This document shows, one piece after another, positions 30,225 to 40,312 of a DNA stretch of 64,000 bases. The notes beneath the pieces were generated by a model. That model did not search any database. It was not told the DNA's origin and saw nothing but the letters and a program-made list of their open reading frames with translations. Positions within the stretch are counted from its first letter, which is position 1. Every line of letters starts with the position of its first letter. The position numbers were made by a program, and so were the translations under genes. The stretch is taken from contig JBGTMQ010000008.1 of the NCBI GenBank assembly GCA_041743505.1, forward strand, positions 69,183-133,182, read 5' to 3'. The stretch comes from Candidatus Saccharimonadia bacterium. Lineage in GTDB: Bacteria > Patescibacteriota > Saccharimonadia > UBA4664.

Positions 30225-30572
30225 ATGAATAATACACTACTACAACAACTTAATCGCCGCCGGGCCCGGGTTCGCGCCCGCGTGACTGGCACACCAGAAC
30301 GTCCGCGACTGTCGGTCAGGATTACGCTGCGCCACATCGTCGCGCAGCTCGTGGATGATACCACCGGCCGAACGCTAGCCTATGTCACCACCATTCGCAG
30401 CGACGCCAAAGGCAACATGACTGAGCGGGCCATCTGGGCTGGTGAGCAAATCGCCACACATGCCAAGAAAGCCAAGATCAGCCGCGTCGTCTTCGATCGC
30501 GGAGGCCGCATTTACCATGGCCGTCTTCACGCACTAGCCGAAGCCGCCCGCAAAGCAGGATTGGAGTTTTAG
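30225..30572 (+). CDS. rplR: 50S ribosomal protein L18
   Basis: RPRLSV, FDRGG..YHGR. Confidence 0.98.
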   Translation: MNNTLLQQLNRRRARVRARVTGTPERPRLSVRITLRHIVAQLVDDTTGRTLAYVTTIRSDAKGNMTERAIWAGEQIATHAKKAKISRVVFDRGGRIYHGRLHALAEAARKAGLEF

Positions 30573-31073
30573 ATGGCGATTGTTGAGCAACCCAAAGAAT
30601 TTGAAGAAAAAGTCATTAATATTGACCGCGTCGCCCGCGTAGTCAAAGGGGGCCGCCGGTTCCGCTTCCGCGCCACGGTAGTGGTAGGAGATGGCAAAGG
30701 CCGGGTTGGCGTCGGCGTCGGCAAAGGTTCCGAGGTCATGACTTCAATTGCCAAGGCTGTATCACGAGCCAAGAGCCAAATGATCACCGTGCCCCTCAAA
30801 GACCATACCATCCCGCACGAGATTCAGGTCCGTTTTTCCGGCGCCCAAGTACTACTCAAGCCTGCCTCGCCCGGAACCGGCGTCATAGCCGGCGGTGCGG
30901 TTCGCAATGTAGTTGAGGTAGCAGGCATCCGTGACCTCTTGACCAAATCGCTCGGGAGCAGTAATAAAGTAAATAACGCTTATGCCACGGTTGTAGCGCT
31001 ATCACAGCTTAAAGCCGCCCCGGTCAAGGCCAACAAAAAGGCCGCAGCTGTTACCGAAGAAATAGCGGCTTAG
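30573..31073 (+). CDS. rpsE: 30S ribosomal protein S5
   Basis: [18 protein letters not shown]. Confidence 0.99.
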   Translation: MAIVEQPKEFEEKVINIDRVARVVKGGRRFRFRATVVVGDGKGRVGVGVGKGSEVMTSIAKAVSRAKSQMITVPLKDHTIPHEIQVRFSGAQVLLKPASPGTGVIAGGAVRNVVEVAGIRDLLTKSLGSSNKVNNAYATVVALSQLKAAPVKANKKAAAVTEEIAA

Positions 31074-31083
31074 GAAACGAATC

Positions 31084-31581
31084 ATGAAGATCCACGAATT
31101 AAGTCTCAAATCCGCCAAAGACCGCAAACGTATCGGTCGTGGTATTGGCTCAGGGTACGGCAAGACTGCCGGCCGAGGAACCAAAGGCCAAAATGCCCGG
31201 ACCGGTGGCGGTGTCCGTATCGGCTTCGCCGGCGGTCAAAACCCATTGGCTAAGTTGCTCCCTAAAAAGCGCGGCTTCAAAGCCATTTTCCCGGTAACAA
31301 ACCAGGTGGTCAGCATCGGTCAACTCGACCGTCTCAAGGATGGCGCCACGATCGACAACGAAGCCCTGGCTAAAGCCGGCTTCATCAAGAAGGCTGACGA
31401 GCGCGTCAAACTGCTCTCCGGCGGCGAACTGACCAAGAAACTGACTGTTAAAGTACAGGCAGCTAGCGCAGCCGCAAAGTCCGCCGTCGAAAAAGCAGGT
31501 GGCACATTTGAGCTAACAGAACTTCCGAAGGTTGCTAGCAAAAAAGCCACTCGTAAAACAGAAGATACCTCTGCCTCATGA
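31084..31581 (+). CDS. rplO: 50S ribosomal protein L15
   Basis: GRGIGSGYGKTAGRG.KGQ; follows rpsE directly (no rpmD). Confidence 0.99.
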   Translation: MKIHELSLKSAKDRKRIGRGIGSGYGKTAGRGTKGQNARTGGGVRIGFAGGQNPLAKLLPKKRGFKAIFPVTNQVVSIGQLDRLKDGATIDNEALAKAGFIKKADERVKLLSGGELTKKLTVKVQAASAAAKSAVEKAGGTFELTELPKVASKKATRKTEDTSAS

Positions 31582-32891
31582 ACTTAACGACGCTTAAGCA
31601 GGTCTACCGTTCTCCTGATCTGCGGCGTCGTGTGCTCATGGTACTGGGCCTATTAATCATCTTTCGTCTCCTGGCCCACGTTCCTGTACCCGTACCCGAC
31701 AACGCGGCTCTGGCTAACTTCCTCAAAACTATCTTTAGTTCCAACCAGATTCTTGGGTTTGCTGACCTGTTCTCCGGTGGCGCCCTGACAAACTTCTCCA
31801 TCGTCATGATGGGTGTTGGGCCGTATATTAACGCCTCAATTATTATTCAGCTGCTCACTCAAGTTGTGCCAAAGCTGGAAGCTTTATCCAAAGAAGGCGA
31901 GATGGGGCGGCGAAAGATCAACCAATATACCAGGCTCTTTACCTTGCCGCTGGCCTTAGTTGAGTCATTTGGTATGGTATTGCTTATCCAGCAAACATCC
32001 ACCAGGGTCACCGGCCAGGACCTGATCGGCCATCCCAACTTTTTCCAATGGCTATTGCTTATCTCAACCATTACAGCCGGAACGATGCTATTGATGTGGA
32101 TCGGTGAGATCATCACCGAGAAGGGAATTGGCAATGGTATTTCCCTCCTGATCTTCTGTGGCATCATTGCCCAGCTTCCGTCGACAGTCGGTCAATTTGG
32201 CTCACTAGCCAGTGGTGACTCCGCCAAACTTGTAACTCTAGCTTTCTTCCTGGTAGCAACCCTTCTCATTATTGCGTTTATCGTGATACTCAATGAAGGA
32301 ACCAGAAATATTCCAGTCTCGTATGCTAAACGCACCCGCGGCAATCGAATCTATGCAGGCGTCGATACCCATTTGCCTGTGCGCGTCATTACGGCCGGCG
32401 TCATCCCCATCATCTTCTCTTTGGCCTTCTTAAGTGTGCCCGGTATTTTGGGACAATTACTATCGACCGCCAAAACCCAGTGGGTAGCCTCGGCCGCCAA
32501 GGAACTAACCACACTATTCGCACCGAGCGGCTTCGTCTACGCGCTCTCGTACTTCCTCTTAGTTGTAGGCTTTACGTACTTCTACACCTCAATCGTATTC
32601 AAGCCTACAGAGATTGCCGAGAATCTGCAGAAACAGGGCGGTTTCGTGCCAGGCATCCGGCCGGGTAACCAGACAGCGGCGTACCTGAAAAAAGTCGTCA
32701 ACCGCATCACTCTGGCCGGTGCATTAGGTCTTGGTATTGTCGCGGTCCTGCCGTTCATTGCTGAGAGCTTCACCAAAAGCCAGATCCTCACCTTTGGTGG
32801 TACCGGGCTCCTTATTGTTGTCAGCGTGGCGCTAGAGACATTGAAACAGCTTGAGGCCCAAGCAATTACGACTTCATATGAACAGTATTAA
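31578..32891 (+). CDS. secY: Preprotein translocase SecY
   Basis: GVGPYINASIIIQLL, GIGNGISL, GFVPGIRPG, GGTGLLIVV. Confidence 0.99.
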   Translation: MNLTTLKQVYRSPDLRRRVLMVLGLLIIFRLLAHVPVPVPDNAALANFLKTIFSSNQILGFADLFSGGALTNFSIVMMGVGPYINASIIIQLLTQVVPKLEALSKEGEMGRRKINQYTRLFTLPLALVESFGMVLLIQQTSTRVTGQDLIGHPNFFQWLLLISTITAGTMLLMWIGEIITEKGIGNGISLLIFCGIIAQLPSTVGQFGSLASGDSAKLVTLAFFLVATLLIIAFIVILNEGTRNIPVSYAKRTRGNRIYAGVDTHLPVRVITAGVIPIIFSLAFLSVPGILGQLLSTAKTQWVASAAKELTTLFAPSGFVYALSYFLLVVGFTYFYTSIVFKPTEIAENLQKQGGFVPGIRPGNQTAAYLKKVVNRITLAGALGLGIVAVLPFIAESFTKSQILTFGGTGLLIVVSVALETLKQLEAQAITTSYEQY

Positions 32892-32922
32892 CGGAAATAT
32901 GGCAAAACTCATCGAAAAAGCC

Positions 32923-32951
32923 TTTACAACCCAGCCAGAAGTCACTATAAT
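32923..32951 (+). promoter_or_regulatory. Promoter for the infA-alpha operon
   Basis: TTTACA-17 nt-TATAAT. Confidence 0.7.
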
Positions 32952-32972
32952 CGACAACTGTAGTCATTAGAC

Positions 32973-33209
32973 ATGTCAGACGCAAAGAAAACCACAAAGG
33001 AAGTAATTGAAGTAGAGGGCACCGTCGAAGAGACTCTGCCCAATGCTTTGTTTCGAGTCAAGCTCGAGAATGGTCATGAAATACTGGCACACATCTCGGG
33101 CAAGATGCGTATGCACTACATCCGCATCATTCCTGGTGACCGCGTCACGCTAGAAATGACACCGTACGACCTGTCCAAAGGCCGTATCACTTACCGACAT
33201 AAGAACTAA
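32973..33209 (+). CDS. infA: Translation initiation factor IF-1
   Basis: [24 protein letters not shown]. Confidence 0.99.
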   Translation: MSDAKKTTKEVIEVEGTVEETLPNALFRVKLENGHEILAHISGKMRMHYIRIIPGDRVTLEMTPYDLSKGRITYRHKN

Positions 33210-33228
33210 CGACGAAGGATACTCAACC

Positions 33229-33345
33229 GTGAAGGTACGCGCTAGCGTCAAGAAAATCTGTGATTCCTGCAAGGTTGTACGCCGTGAAGGTGTCGTGCGG
33301 GTAATCTGCCCGGTCAAGCCTCGTCATAAGCAGAGGCAGGGTTAA
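33229..33345 (+). CDS. rpmJ: 50S ribosomal protein L36 (below ORF-track cutoff)
   Basis: GTG start; [38 protein letters not shown]. Confidence 0.97.
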   Translation: MKVRASVKKICDSCKVVRREGVVRVICPVKPRHKQRQG

Positions 33346-33731
33346 TGGCACGTATCGCCGGAGTAAATATTCCTGAGGCCAAGCGCGTTGAGGTAGCCCT
33401 AACGTATGTCTATGGTATTGGCATCACCACCAGCCGCCAGATTCTGGCAGCAACCAAGATCAGCCCCGACACGCGGGTCAAGGACCTAACAGAAGCGGAA
33501 ACCTCAAAACTCCGCGAGTACATCGACAAAAACTGCCAGGTGGAAGGTGACCTCCAACGCCAGGTGAGTTTGAATATCAAACGGCTCAAGGAAATCAATG
33601 CCTACCGGGGTTTGCGCCACAAGGCCAACCTTCCGGTGCACGGCCAGCGCACCAAGACCAATGCCCGCACCAAGCGCGGCAAGAAGGTCACGATGGGTTC
33701 CGGCCGCAAGAAGTCAGCAGCTAAGACGTAA
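33345..33731 (+). CDS. rpsM: 30S ribosomal protein S13
   Basis: [23 protein letters not shown]. Confidence 0.99.
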   Translation: MARIAGVNIPEAKRVEVALTYVYGIGITTSRQILAATKISPDTRVKDLTEAETSKLREYIDKNCQVEGDLQRQVSLNIKRLKEINAYRGLRHKANLPVHGQRTKTNARTKRGKKVTMGSGRKKSAAKT

Positions 33732-33739
33732 GGTAACCA

Positions 33740-34141
33740 ATGGCAAAGACACCCACTAAATCCACAACCACCCGCCGCCGCAAGATCCGCCGCACCGTTG
33801 CCGCCGGTCAGATGCATGTACAGGCCACGTTCAATAACACCATCATCTCGTTTACCGACGAGCGCGGCAACTTACTGTCATGGTCGAGCGCTGGCTCATC
33901 TGGCTTCAAGGGCTCTCGCAAGAGTACTCCCTACGCTGCTCAGTCTGCCGCCGAGAAGGCCGCTACGCTGGCCAAAGACCACGGCCTCAGCCGCGTTGAT
34001 GTATTCGTCCGTGGCGTTGGCAGTGGCCGTGAGTCGGCCATCCGCGCCCTCATCACTGCCGGCATCGCCGTTTCTAGCATTAAAGATGTAACCGGCATTC
34101 CGCACAACGGCTGCCGGCCACGTAAGGCCCGGAGAGTTTAA
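33740..34141 (+). CDS. rpsK: 30S ribosomal protein S11
   Basis: TFNNT, KSTPYAA, PHNGCRP. Confidence 0.99.
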   Translation: MAKTPTKSTTTRRRKIRRTVAAGQMHVQATFNNTIISFTDERGNLLSWSSAGSSGFKGSRKSTPYAAQSAAEKAATLAKDHGLSRVDVFVRGVGSGRESAIRALITAGIAVSSIKDVTGIPHNGCRPRKARRV

Positions 34142-34143
34142 TC

Positions 34144-34761
34144 ATGGCACGAAACCTTACCCCCATCCTCAAAGTCTCCCGTCGCGAAAAAACCGCACTG
34201 CACCCTAAGGCCATCAAGGGCATGACCAAGCGCCCATACGGTCCCGGCCAGCATGGTCCATCCAGCGGACGGCAGAAGCTGACCCAGTATGCCGTACAGC
34301 TGCGGGAAAAGCAAAAAGTTAAGCGCATGTATGGTCTGCTCGAGAAACAGTTCGCCAAAATTGTCCGTGAATCAAGCCGCCGTCAGGGCGTCACCGGCGA
34401 TATTATGGTTCAGTTATTGGAACAGCGTCTCGACAACGCCGTTTATCGTCTGGGTCTGGCCCCTTCCCGTCAAGCAGCCCGTCAAGTCGTCACCCACGGT
34501 CACATTCTGCTGAATGGCCGCCGGGTAGATATTCCTTCGATCCTTCTCAAAGCCGGTGATGAGTTCCAGGTCCGCCCGAAGAGCGCCTCTAACGCGTACT
34601 TCAAGGCCCTAACTGGTCAACTGGCTGGCAACGCATCATCAGTCCGCTGGCTAAGCTTTGATAACAAAAAATTATCAGGCAAAGTTACTGGACTACCGGC
34701 GCGGGAGGATGTCGCGGAAGAAATTCATGAGCAGTTAATTATCGAATTCTACTCAAGGTAA
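34144..34761 (+). CDS. rpsD: 30S ribosomal protein S4
   Basis: PGQHG, QLREKQK, LEQRLDN, EFYSR. Confidence 0.99.
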   Translation: MARNLTPILKVSRREKTALHPKAIKGMTKRPYGPGQHGPSSGRQKLTQYAVQLREKQKVKRMYGLLEKQFAKIVRESSRRQGVTGDIMVQLLEQRLDNAVYRLGLAPSRQAARQVVTHGHILLNGRRVDIPSILLKAGDEFQVRPKSASNAYFKALTGQLAGNASSVRWLSFDNKKLSGKVTGLPAREDVAEEIHEQLIIEFYSR

Positions 34762-34777
34762 GGAAAGGACGACCAAA

Positions 34778-35713
34778 GTGTTACATCCCATTCAGCTCCC
34801 AGAGCTTAAACCGGTCCGCGAGGAACAAAATAAGGCTACATTTGCCATTGAGCCTCTGTATTCCGGTTACGGCATGACCCTCGGCAACTCATTGCGCCGG
34901 GTCATTCTATCGAGCCTTGGCGGTGCCGCCGTAACGGCCGTTAAGATCGACAGTGTCGCCCATGAGTTCTCGACTATTGAGGGGGTCAAAGAGGACGTTG
35001 TTGAAATCATCCTTAATCTCAAAAAACTACGGTTTCGCGTCTATTCTGACGAGCCGCAATTCCTGGTTTTGACTGCCTCCGGCAAGGGTGAGGTGACGGC
35101 AGCAAGCATCAAGACCACCTCAGACGTGGAAATCGTAAACCCAGATCAGCTCATTGCTACCCTGGACAATGCCAAGGTCAAGCTCGGCATGGAAATCAAG
35201 GTCGAGAAAGGCCGCGGCTACGTACCAGTCGAGAACCGCGAAAGCGAAAAGCTCGAGGTAGGTATGATTGCTGTCGACGCCCTCTACTCGCCAGTCCAGC
35301 GCGTCCGCTACAATGTCGAGAATACCCGCGTCGGCCAGATGACCGATCTGGACCGCCTCGTGCTTGAGGTTGAGACTGACGGCACCATAACGCCGGCCGA
35401 AGCCATCCGCCAGGCCGCCGAGATACTTGTTGATCACTTCCAGGTAGTAGCCGGCAACCCGGTTGGCGCCTCTGTCGGTGCCCAAGCCGACGAGCGGACC
35501 GAGGCCGGTGTAGCTAAGATCAATGTTGAAGAAGTCAACTTGACCCCACGCACCACCAATGCGCTCATCAATAACGATATTAAGACCGTCAAGGACTTAC
35601 TGCGCCTAAGCGACCAGGAGCTACGCGAGCTCAAGGGCTTTGGCTCCAAGGCCTATGACGAGGTTAAAGAAAAGATCGCAGAGCTCGGCTTTGCGACGGA
35701 GAAGGTAGACTAA
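34778..35713 (+). CDS. rpoA: RNA polymerase alpha subunit
   Basis: EPL..GYGMTLGNSLRR, HEFSTIEGVKED, KGRGY. Confidence 0.99.
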   Translation: MLHPIQLPELKPVREEQNKATFAIEPLYSGYGMTLGNSLRRVILSSLGGAAVTAVKIDSVAHEFSTIEGVKEDVVEIILNLKKLRFRVYSDEPQFLVLTASGKGEVTAASIKTTSDVEIVNPDQLIATLDNAKVKLGMEIKVEKGRGYVPVENRESEKLEVGMIAVDALYSPVQRVRYNVENTRVGQMTDLDRLVLEVETDGTITPAEAIRQAAEILVDHFQVVAGNPVGASVGAQADERTEAGVAKINVEEVNLTPRTTNALINNDIKTVKDLLRLSDQELRELKGFGSKAYDEVKEKIAELGFATEKVD

Positions 35714-35715
35714 TT

Positions 35716-36174
35716 ATGCATCGCCACGGATATAAAGGGCGCAAGCTTCAGCTCGATGCCGCTCCGCGCCGCGCACTCATCCGCGGCCAGCTGACTTCGC
35801 TCGTTTTACACGAGGCCATTACGACTACTGAGGCCAAAGCCAAGGAAGTCGCGCCTCAATTCGAACGACTAGTAACTCACGCCAAAAAAGGCACTCTGGC
35901 CGGCAGCCGCCAGCTACGCCGCGAGCTCCTCACCGAGAATGCGGTCCAGAAGATGCTCCAGGAGCTGACGCCCGCCTTTGAAAGCCGCCAGGGTGGTTAC
36001 ACCCGAATCATCAAACTCGCCAACCGGCGCGGTGATAACGCACCCATGGTGCAACTATCGCTCGTATTGGAGGCGGGGGACACCGAAGCCGAAGATAAAG
36101 CCAAAGCTGATGCCAAGCCGGCGACCAAAAAGTCGGCCTCCAAGAAGGCTGACAAAGTAGAGGCAGGGGCATAA
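35716..36174 (+). CDS. rplQ: 50S ribosomal protein L17
   Basis: ITTTEAKAKE, GGYTRIIK, RGDNA. Confidence 0.99.
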   Translation: MHRHGYKGRKLQLDAAPRRALIRGQLTSLVLHEAITTTEAKAKEVAPQFERLVTHAKKGTLAGSRQLRRELLTENAVQKMLQELTPAFESRQGGYTRIIKLANRRGDNAPMVQLSLVLEAGDTEAEDKAKADAKPATKKSASKKADKVEAGA

Positions 36175-36605
36175 TGAAGACCTATTCACCCAAACCAACC
36201 GAATTAACTCATGACTGGTACATCATCGATGCCCAGGGTAAGACACTCGGCCGCCTAGCTACTCAGATTGCGACCTACTTGCTGGGTAAGCACAAGCCAC
36301 AGTTTAGCGCACACCTGGATTGCGGCGATAATGTCGTCGTTATCAACGCTGCCCGGATTGTAGTGACCGGCAACAAGCTAGAGGATAAAAAATATTATCG
36401 CCACTCCGGCTACCCTGGCGGTATCAAAGAAACCAATCTTGCTACACTGCTAGAGAATAATCCAGCCAAGGTGATTGAGAAAGCTGTAGCCGGCATGCTA
36501 CCCAAGAACCGCCTGCATGATGACCGCATGTATCGTCTGAAGGTTTACCCCAGCAACGAGCATCCGCATGCCCCACAGGCACCTAAGACCCTAGGAGATA
36601 ACTAA
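36174..36605 (+). CDS. rplM: 50S ribosomal protein L13
   Basis: LGRLA, GKHKP, HSGYPGG, GMLP. Confidence 0.99.
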   Translation: MKTYSPKPTELTHDWYIIDAQGKTLGRLATQIATYLLGKHKPQFSAHLDCGDNVVVINAARIVVTGNKLEDKKYYRHSGYPGGIKETNLATLLENNPAKVIEKAVAGMLPKNRLHDDRMYRLKVYPSNEHPHAPQAPKTLGDN

Positions 36606-37003
36606 TGGCCGAAGCTACCCATTATCACTATGCCCGCGGCCGCCGCAAAGAAGCCATTGCTACCGTCCGGCTCTACCCAGGCCGTGGCGAGGTACTCATT
36701 AACGAGAAGCCAGCCGCCGACTACTTCAACAATGACCTGCTCATGGCCGTTATTGAGCGCCCCATCAAGCTAGCTGGTCAGGAGCAAAAGCTTCGCGTCA
36801 GCCTGCACGTCAAAGGTGGTGGCAAAGCCGGTCAGGCCGATGCAGCCAGTCTCGCCATCGCCCGCGCCCTCAATGTCATGAGCGAAGACCTGCGACCTAC
36901 CCTCAAAAAGGCCGGTATGCTCACCCGCGACCCCCGCGAAAAAGAGCGTAAGAAGCCTGGACTCAAGAAAGCCCGCAAAGCCCCACAGTTCTCTAAGCGC
37001 TAA
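36605..37003 (+). CDS. rpsI: 30S ribosomal protein S9
   Basis: GRRK, GGG..GQA, ERKKPG, PQFSKR. Confidence 0.99.
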   Translation: MAEATHYHYARGRRKEAIATVRLYPGRGEVLINEKPAADYFNNDLLMAVIERPIKLAGQEQKLRVSLHVKGGGKAGQADAASLAIARALNVMSEDLRPTLKKAGMLTRDPREKERKKPGLKKARKAPQFSKR

Positions 37004-37068
37004 ACCAAGTTGCTCCATTTCCAAAACCGGCTCGTCAGGGCCGGCTTTGGTAGTGCTAGAATTAATTC

Positions 37069-37500
37069 ATGAACCGTGAAGAACTATTTCAGTTCTTACG
37101 TCACCTCGCCCTTCCCGAAGGGCAATGGGTGGTTTTTGGCGGCAGCTGTCTGGCAGCGCACGGCATTCGACCGGCCAATGACGTCGACATTTTTGTCCAT
37201 CCGCTCCTTTACGATCAGCTCAAACACCAGCGCTGGACCGAACACACAGCTAGTTCCACCGGATCAAACTTCTTAAAAACCACTGCCAGTAATATCGAGA
37301 TCCAAGCCTTTATTACCTGCGGAAGTGATCAATGGGTCCCACAAGTCGAGGCCTATTTACGTGATCCGGAGTTCATCAATGGCCTACCGTTCATGCCACT
37401 CTCTCAGATGTACGCCTGGAAAGACACCACCCGCCGGCCCAAGGATATAATCGATATCGAGCTGATCAAAAACTATTGGGCCGAACAAGCTGCAAAGTAG
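37069..37500 (+). CDS. Putative nucleotidyltransferase-fold protein
   Basis: FGG..LAAHGIRP.NDVDI and RPKD motifs. Confidence 0.6.
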   Translation: MNREELFQFLRHLALPEGQWVVFGGSCLAAHGIRPANDVDIFVHPLLYDQLKHQRWTEHTASSTGSNFLKTTASNIEIQAFITCGSDQWVPQVEAYLRDPEFINGLPFMPLSQMYAWKDTTRRPKDIIDIELIKNYWAEQAAK

Positions 37501-37533
37501 CGCATACTAGCATAAGCACGATATAATGCCAGT

Positions 37534-38529
37534 ATGGACAAACATGACTCCAAGACAATCTGGTGGCTGTCATCGGCAGCCCTAGTTTTGTTAATTAGCA
37601 GCACACTCGGCTTTATGGGTTTAGCCGACTTACCGGCCACCGAGGCCCTGTATGTAACGCTAATAATTCTTTTGACCCACTATGACCATCATGGCTTCCA
37701 GGATGCTGGTTCGCGAGCTCTGGTGCTCTTCCTCATCCTCAGCTCCTATGCCGTCATCGCTTATTTGCTTAAGATGTTTGCAGAAAGTATTATGGGATTA
37801 TCAGGAAATGTACGGAAACTACGCGTGAAAACACGAGTCGACAAACTAAAAGATCATTACATTATTTGCGGTCTAGGCCGGGTCGGATCGCAAGTGGCTC
37901 GTGAAATGTACCAAGAAGATGTACCTTTTGTGGCGCTCGACCGCGATCAGGAGCGGGTAGACGAGGCCATAGCCCAGGGCTATTTGGCAATGTGCCTGGA
38001 TTCAAGCAAAGAAGACGCCATGGAACAAGCGGGCATTGAGCGGGCCACCGGTTTAGTCGCCTGTCTAAACGAAGACTCTCTTAACCTTTTCGTCACCCTG
38101 GCCGCCCGGTCAATGAACCCGCATCTCTATATCGTCGCCCGGGCCAATCGGCCGGACAGCGAAGTTAAGCTCCGCCGGGCCGGCGCCGACCGCGTAGCCA
38201 TGCCATACCGTATCGGCGGCTACCACATGGCCTCCATGGCCCTGCGCCCCAATGTCGTCGACTACATGGACATCGTATCCGGCAAAAACGGCACCAGCGA
38301 CCTAGAGGTCGAGGAAATGATCGTCGGCGAGCACTCACCACTAGCCGGCCGCCGCCTCGGCAAGACTCTGGCCGAAGGCGAAGTCGGAGCTACGGTCATT
38401 GCCATCAACGGCGCAGATGGTACCAGCCGCGTCCGCCCAACCGGCAAAGAAACGATTTATCCCGGCGACCGGTTAATTATCCTCGGGGCCAAGCGCGAAC
38501 TAACCAACGCCTCGGCGCTTATCCGTTGA
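37534..38529 (+). CDS. 2-TM ion-channel-family protein with RCK (TrkA-N/TrkA-C) domains
   Basis: Two TM helices plus pore helix, HYIICGLGRVG Rossmann motif, LRRAGAD, C-terminal RCK_C. Confidence 0.88.
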   Translation: MDKHDSKTIWWLSSAALVLLISSTLGFMGLADLPATEALYVTLIILLTHYDHHGFQDAGSRALVLFLILSSYAVIAYLLKMFAESIMGLSGNVRKLRVKTRVDKLKDHYIICGLGRVGSQVAREMYQEDVPFVALDRDQERVDEAIAQGYLAMCLDSSKEDAMEQAGIERATGLVACLNEDSLNLFVTLAARSMNPHLYIVARANRPDSEVKLRRAGADRVAMPYRIGGYHMASMALRPNVVDYMDIVSGKNGTSDLEVEEMIVGEHSPLAGRRLGKTLAEGEVGATVIAINGADGTSRVRPTGKETIYPGDRLIILGAKRELTNASALIR

Positions 38530-39419
38530 ACCGCGAATTGGTCGTACCAATCGGAGTCGCTGCCAAGCGGCTCGATGTGTTTTTAGCCGAAACCCTTAAG
38601 CTATCCCGCAGCCAGGTCCAACGGTGGTTTAAGCATGACCAGGTAACAGTGAACGGATCACCAGTCCGGGCCAATTACGTGCCCCAAGCAGGGGACCTGC
38701 TTACGATTCGAGTGCCGGAAAAACCAGCCGCATCATGGCCCGCACCCAAACTGCCAATAGTTTACGAAGACGATGACTTGATAGTCATAGACAAGCCACC
38801 CGGCATCGCGGTCCACGCCGGCAACGGCCGCTCCGACGAACCGACGGTCGCCGACTTCGCCCGGGTCCACACCACCGATCCCGATCCGGAGCGGCCGGGC
38901 ATTGTGCATCGTCTTGACCGTGACACGTCAGGCTTGCTAGTGATCGCCAAGACGCCGCATGTCAAACAACTCCTGCAAGACCAATGGCGCAGCCGGACGG
39001 TCACCAAGACGTACCGGTTACTAGCTGTCGGGCGAGTCGAGCCAGGCGAAGCCGTCATCGATTTACCGCTTGGCCGCGACCCGGCCCATCCCACCAAACG
39101 GCATGTCAGCTCCACGGGACGGATAGCCGTCACCCGCTACACAACGCTCGCATCATACCCAGGCTACAGCTATATCGAAGCCTATCCTGAAACCGGCCGG
39201 ACCCACCAAATCAGGGTGCACTTCGCCGCTCTCGGCCATGCCGTTGCGGGCGACGTAGTTTACGGCCCCAATCACCGGCCGCTAGGATTAAAGCGCCAAT
39301 TTCTGCACGCCACCCGGCTCGTTTTTACCGCTCCCTCAGGCCGTCAACTCGATTTACAAAGTTCACTGCCATTAGATCTCGAAACCGTTCTCACGGCGCT
39401 CGAAGAACCGTATACTTAG
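38526..39419 (+). CDS. RluA/RluD-family pseudouridine synthase with S4 domain
   Basis: RLDVFL S4 domain, GIVHRLDRDTSG, TGRTHQIRVH. Confidence 0.95.
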   Translation: MNRELVVPIGVAAKRLDVFLAETLKLSRSQVQRWFKHDQVTVNGSPVRANYVPQAGDLLTIRVPEKPAASWPAPKLPIVYEDDDLIVIDKPPGIAVHAGNGRSDEPTVADFARVHTTDPDPERPGIVHRLDRDTSGLLVIAKTPHVKQLLQDQWRSRTVTKTYRLLAVGRVEPGEAVIDLPLGRDPAHPTKRHVSSTGRIAVTRYTTLASYPGYSYIEAYPETGRTHQIRVHFAALGHAVAGDVVYGPNHRPLGLKRQFLHATRLVFTAPSGRQLDLQSSLPLDLETVLTALEEPYT

Positions 39420-39422
39420 ATT

Positions 39423-40310
39423 ATGAACTTACTCTCGCACCATGTCACAGAGCGTCAACTGGAAACAGCTCTGGAAGATATGGCGAGCGGCTATATCTTC
39501 CATGGTATTCGTTCGGTTGGCAAAGCCACCGCCGCCCGGGAACTTGCCCGCCGGCTCAATTGCCGCGGCGACGACATCAGACTATGCAATCCTTGTCGCC
39601 AGTTTAACTCAGGCTCGTACCCAGATTTTCTGGAACTCGGCCCCGAAAACCGGCCCAGTATCACCATTGAGCAGATTCGGCAACTCAACCACTCCCTATC
39701 TCTGAGCCCATACTACGCCGGCGGAGCCCGGGTGGTACTGATCGATGAGGCCCACATGCTAACAGTCGAGGCGCAAAACGCCTTGCTTAAGCTCATCGAA
39801 GAACCGCCGCCCCACACACTATTTGTTCTGGCCGCCGAGCATCTGGAAGCTCTGTTGCCAACGGTTTGCTCGCGGCTATCAGCCGTCTACTTTGCGCCAG
39901 TGTCAGACCAGCATGTGGCCGATTGGCTAATGGCCACCCGTAGCGTGGGCTTAGCCGACGCCAACCGGCTAGCCGCGCTAGCAGCTGGAGCTCCGGGCCA
40001 AGCCATCCGCCTGCTCCAGGACGCAGCCGCCAGCGACCAGCTAGCTGAGCTAGACCAAGCTGCCCAAAACGCTCTCACCAGCGGGCTATTTGACCGCCTC
40101 CTCCTGGCCAAGCAGCTAGCCGACAAAAAGGTTGACCTGCCAGCTTGGTCACAGCGCTTACAGCAGACGCTGCTACAAGCCTTGCGCCAAGAGCAGGCGC
40201 CCTCCAGCCAAATAGCCTCACGACTCGAGGCCGTCGAGCGGTTTCGGCGTGGACTTGTAGCAAATGTGGGGCCAAGAGTTGCCCTCGAGCGGTTAATGCT
40301 GGAGTTATAA
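39423..40310 (+). CDS. holB: DNA polymerase III delta' subunit
   Basis: Degenerate Walker A (GIRSVGK), C..C, IDEAH..T.EAQNALLK..EEPP, LLPTVCSR. Confidence 0.85.
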   Translation: MNLLSHHVTERQLETALEDMASGYIFHGIRSVGKATAARELARRLNCRGDDIRLCNPCRQFNSGSYPDFLELGPENRPSITIEQIRQLNHSLSLSPYYAGGARVVLIDEAHMLTVEAQNALLKLIEEPPPHTLFVLAAEHLEALLPTVCSRLSAVYFAPVSDQHVADWLMATRSVGLADANRLAALAAGAPGQAIRLLQDAAASDQLAELDQAAQNALTSGLFDRLLLAKQLADKKVDLPAWSQRLQQTLLQALRQEQAPSSQIASRLEAVERFRRGLVANVGPRVALERLMLEL

Positions 40311-40312
40311 CG

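Noticed and set aside
31073-31084. Absence of rpmD (uL30) between rpsE and rplO
   Set aside because: Known general trait of CPR bacteria; used as a taxonomic clue, not novel.
32891-32973. No adk or map between secY and infA
   Set aside because: Common operon variation; the genes may lie elsewhere in the genome.
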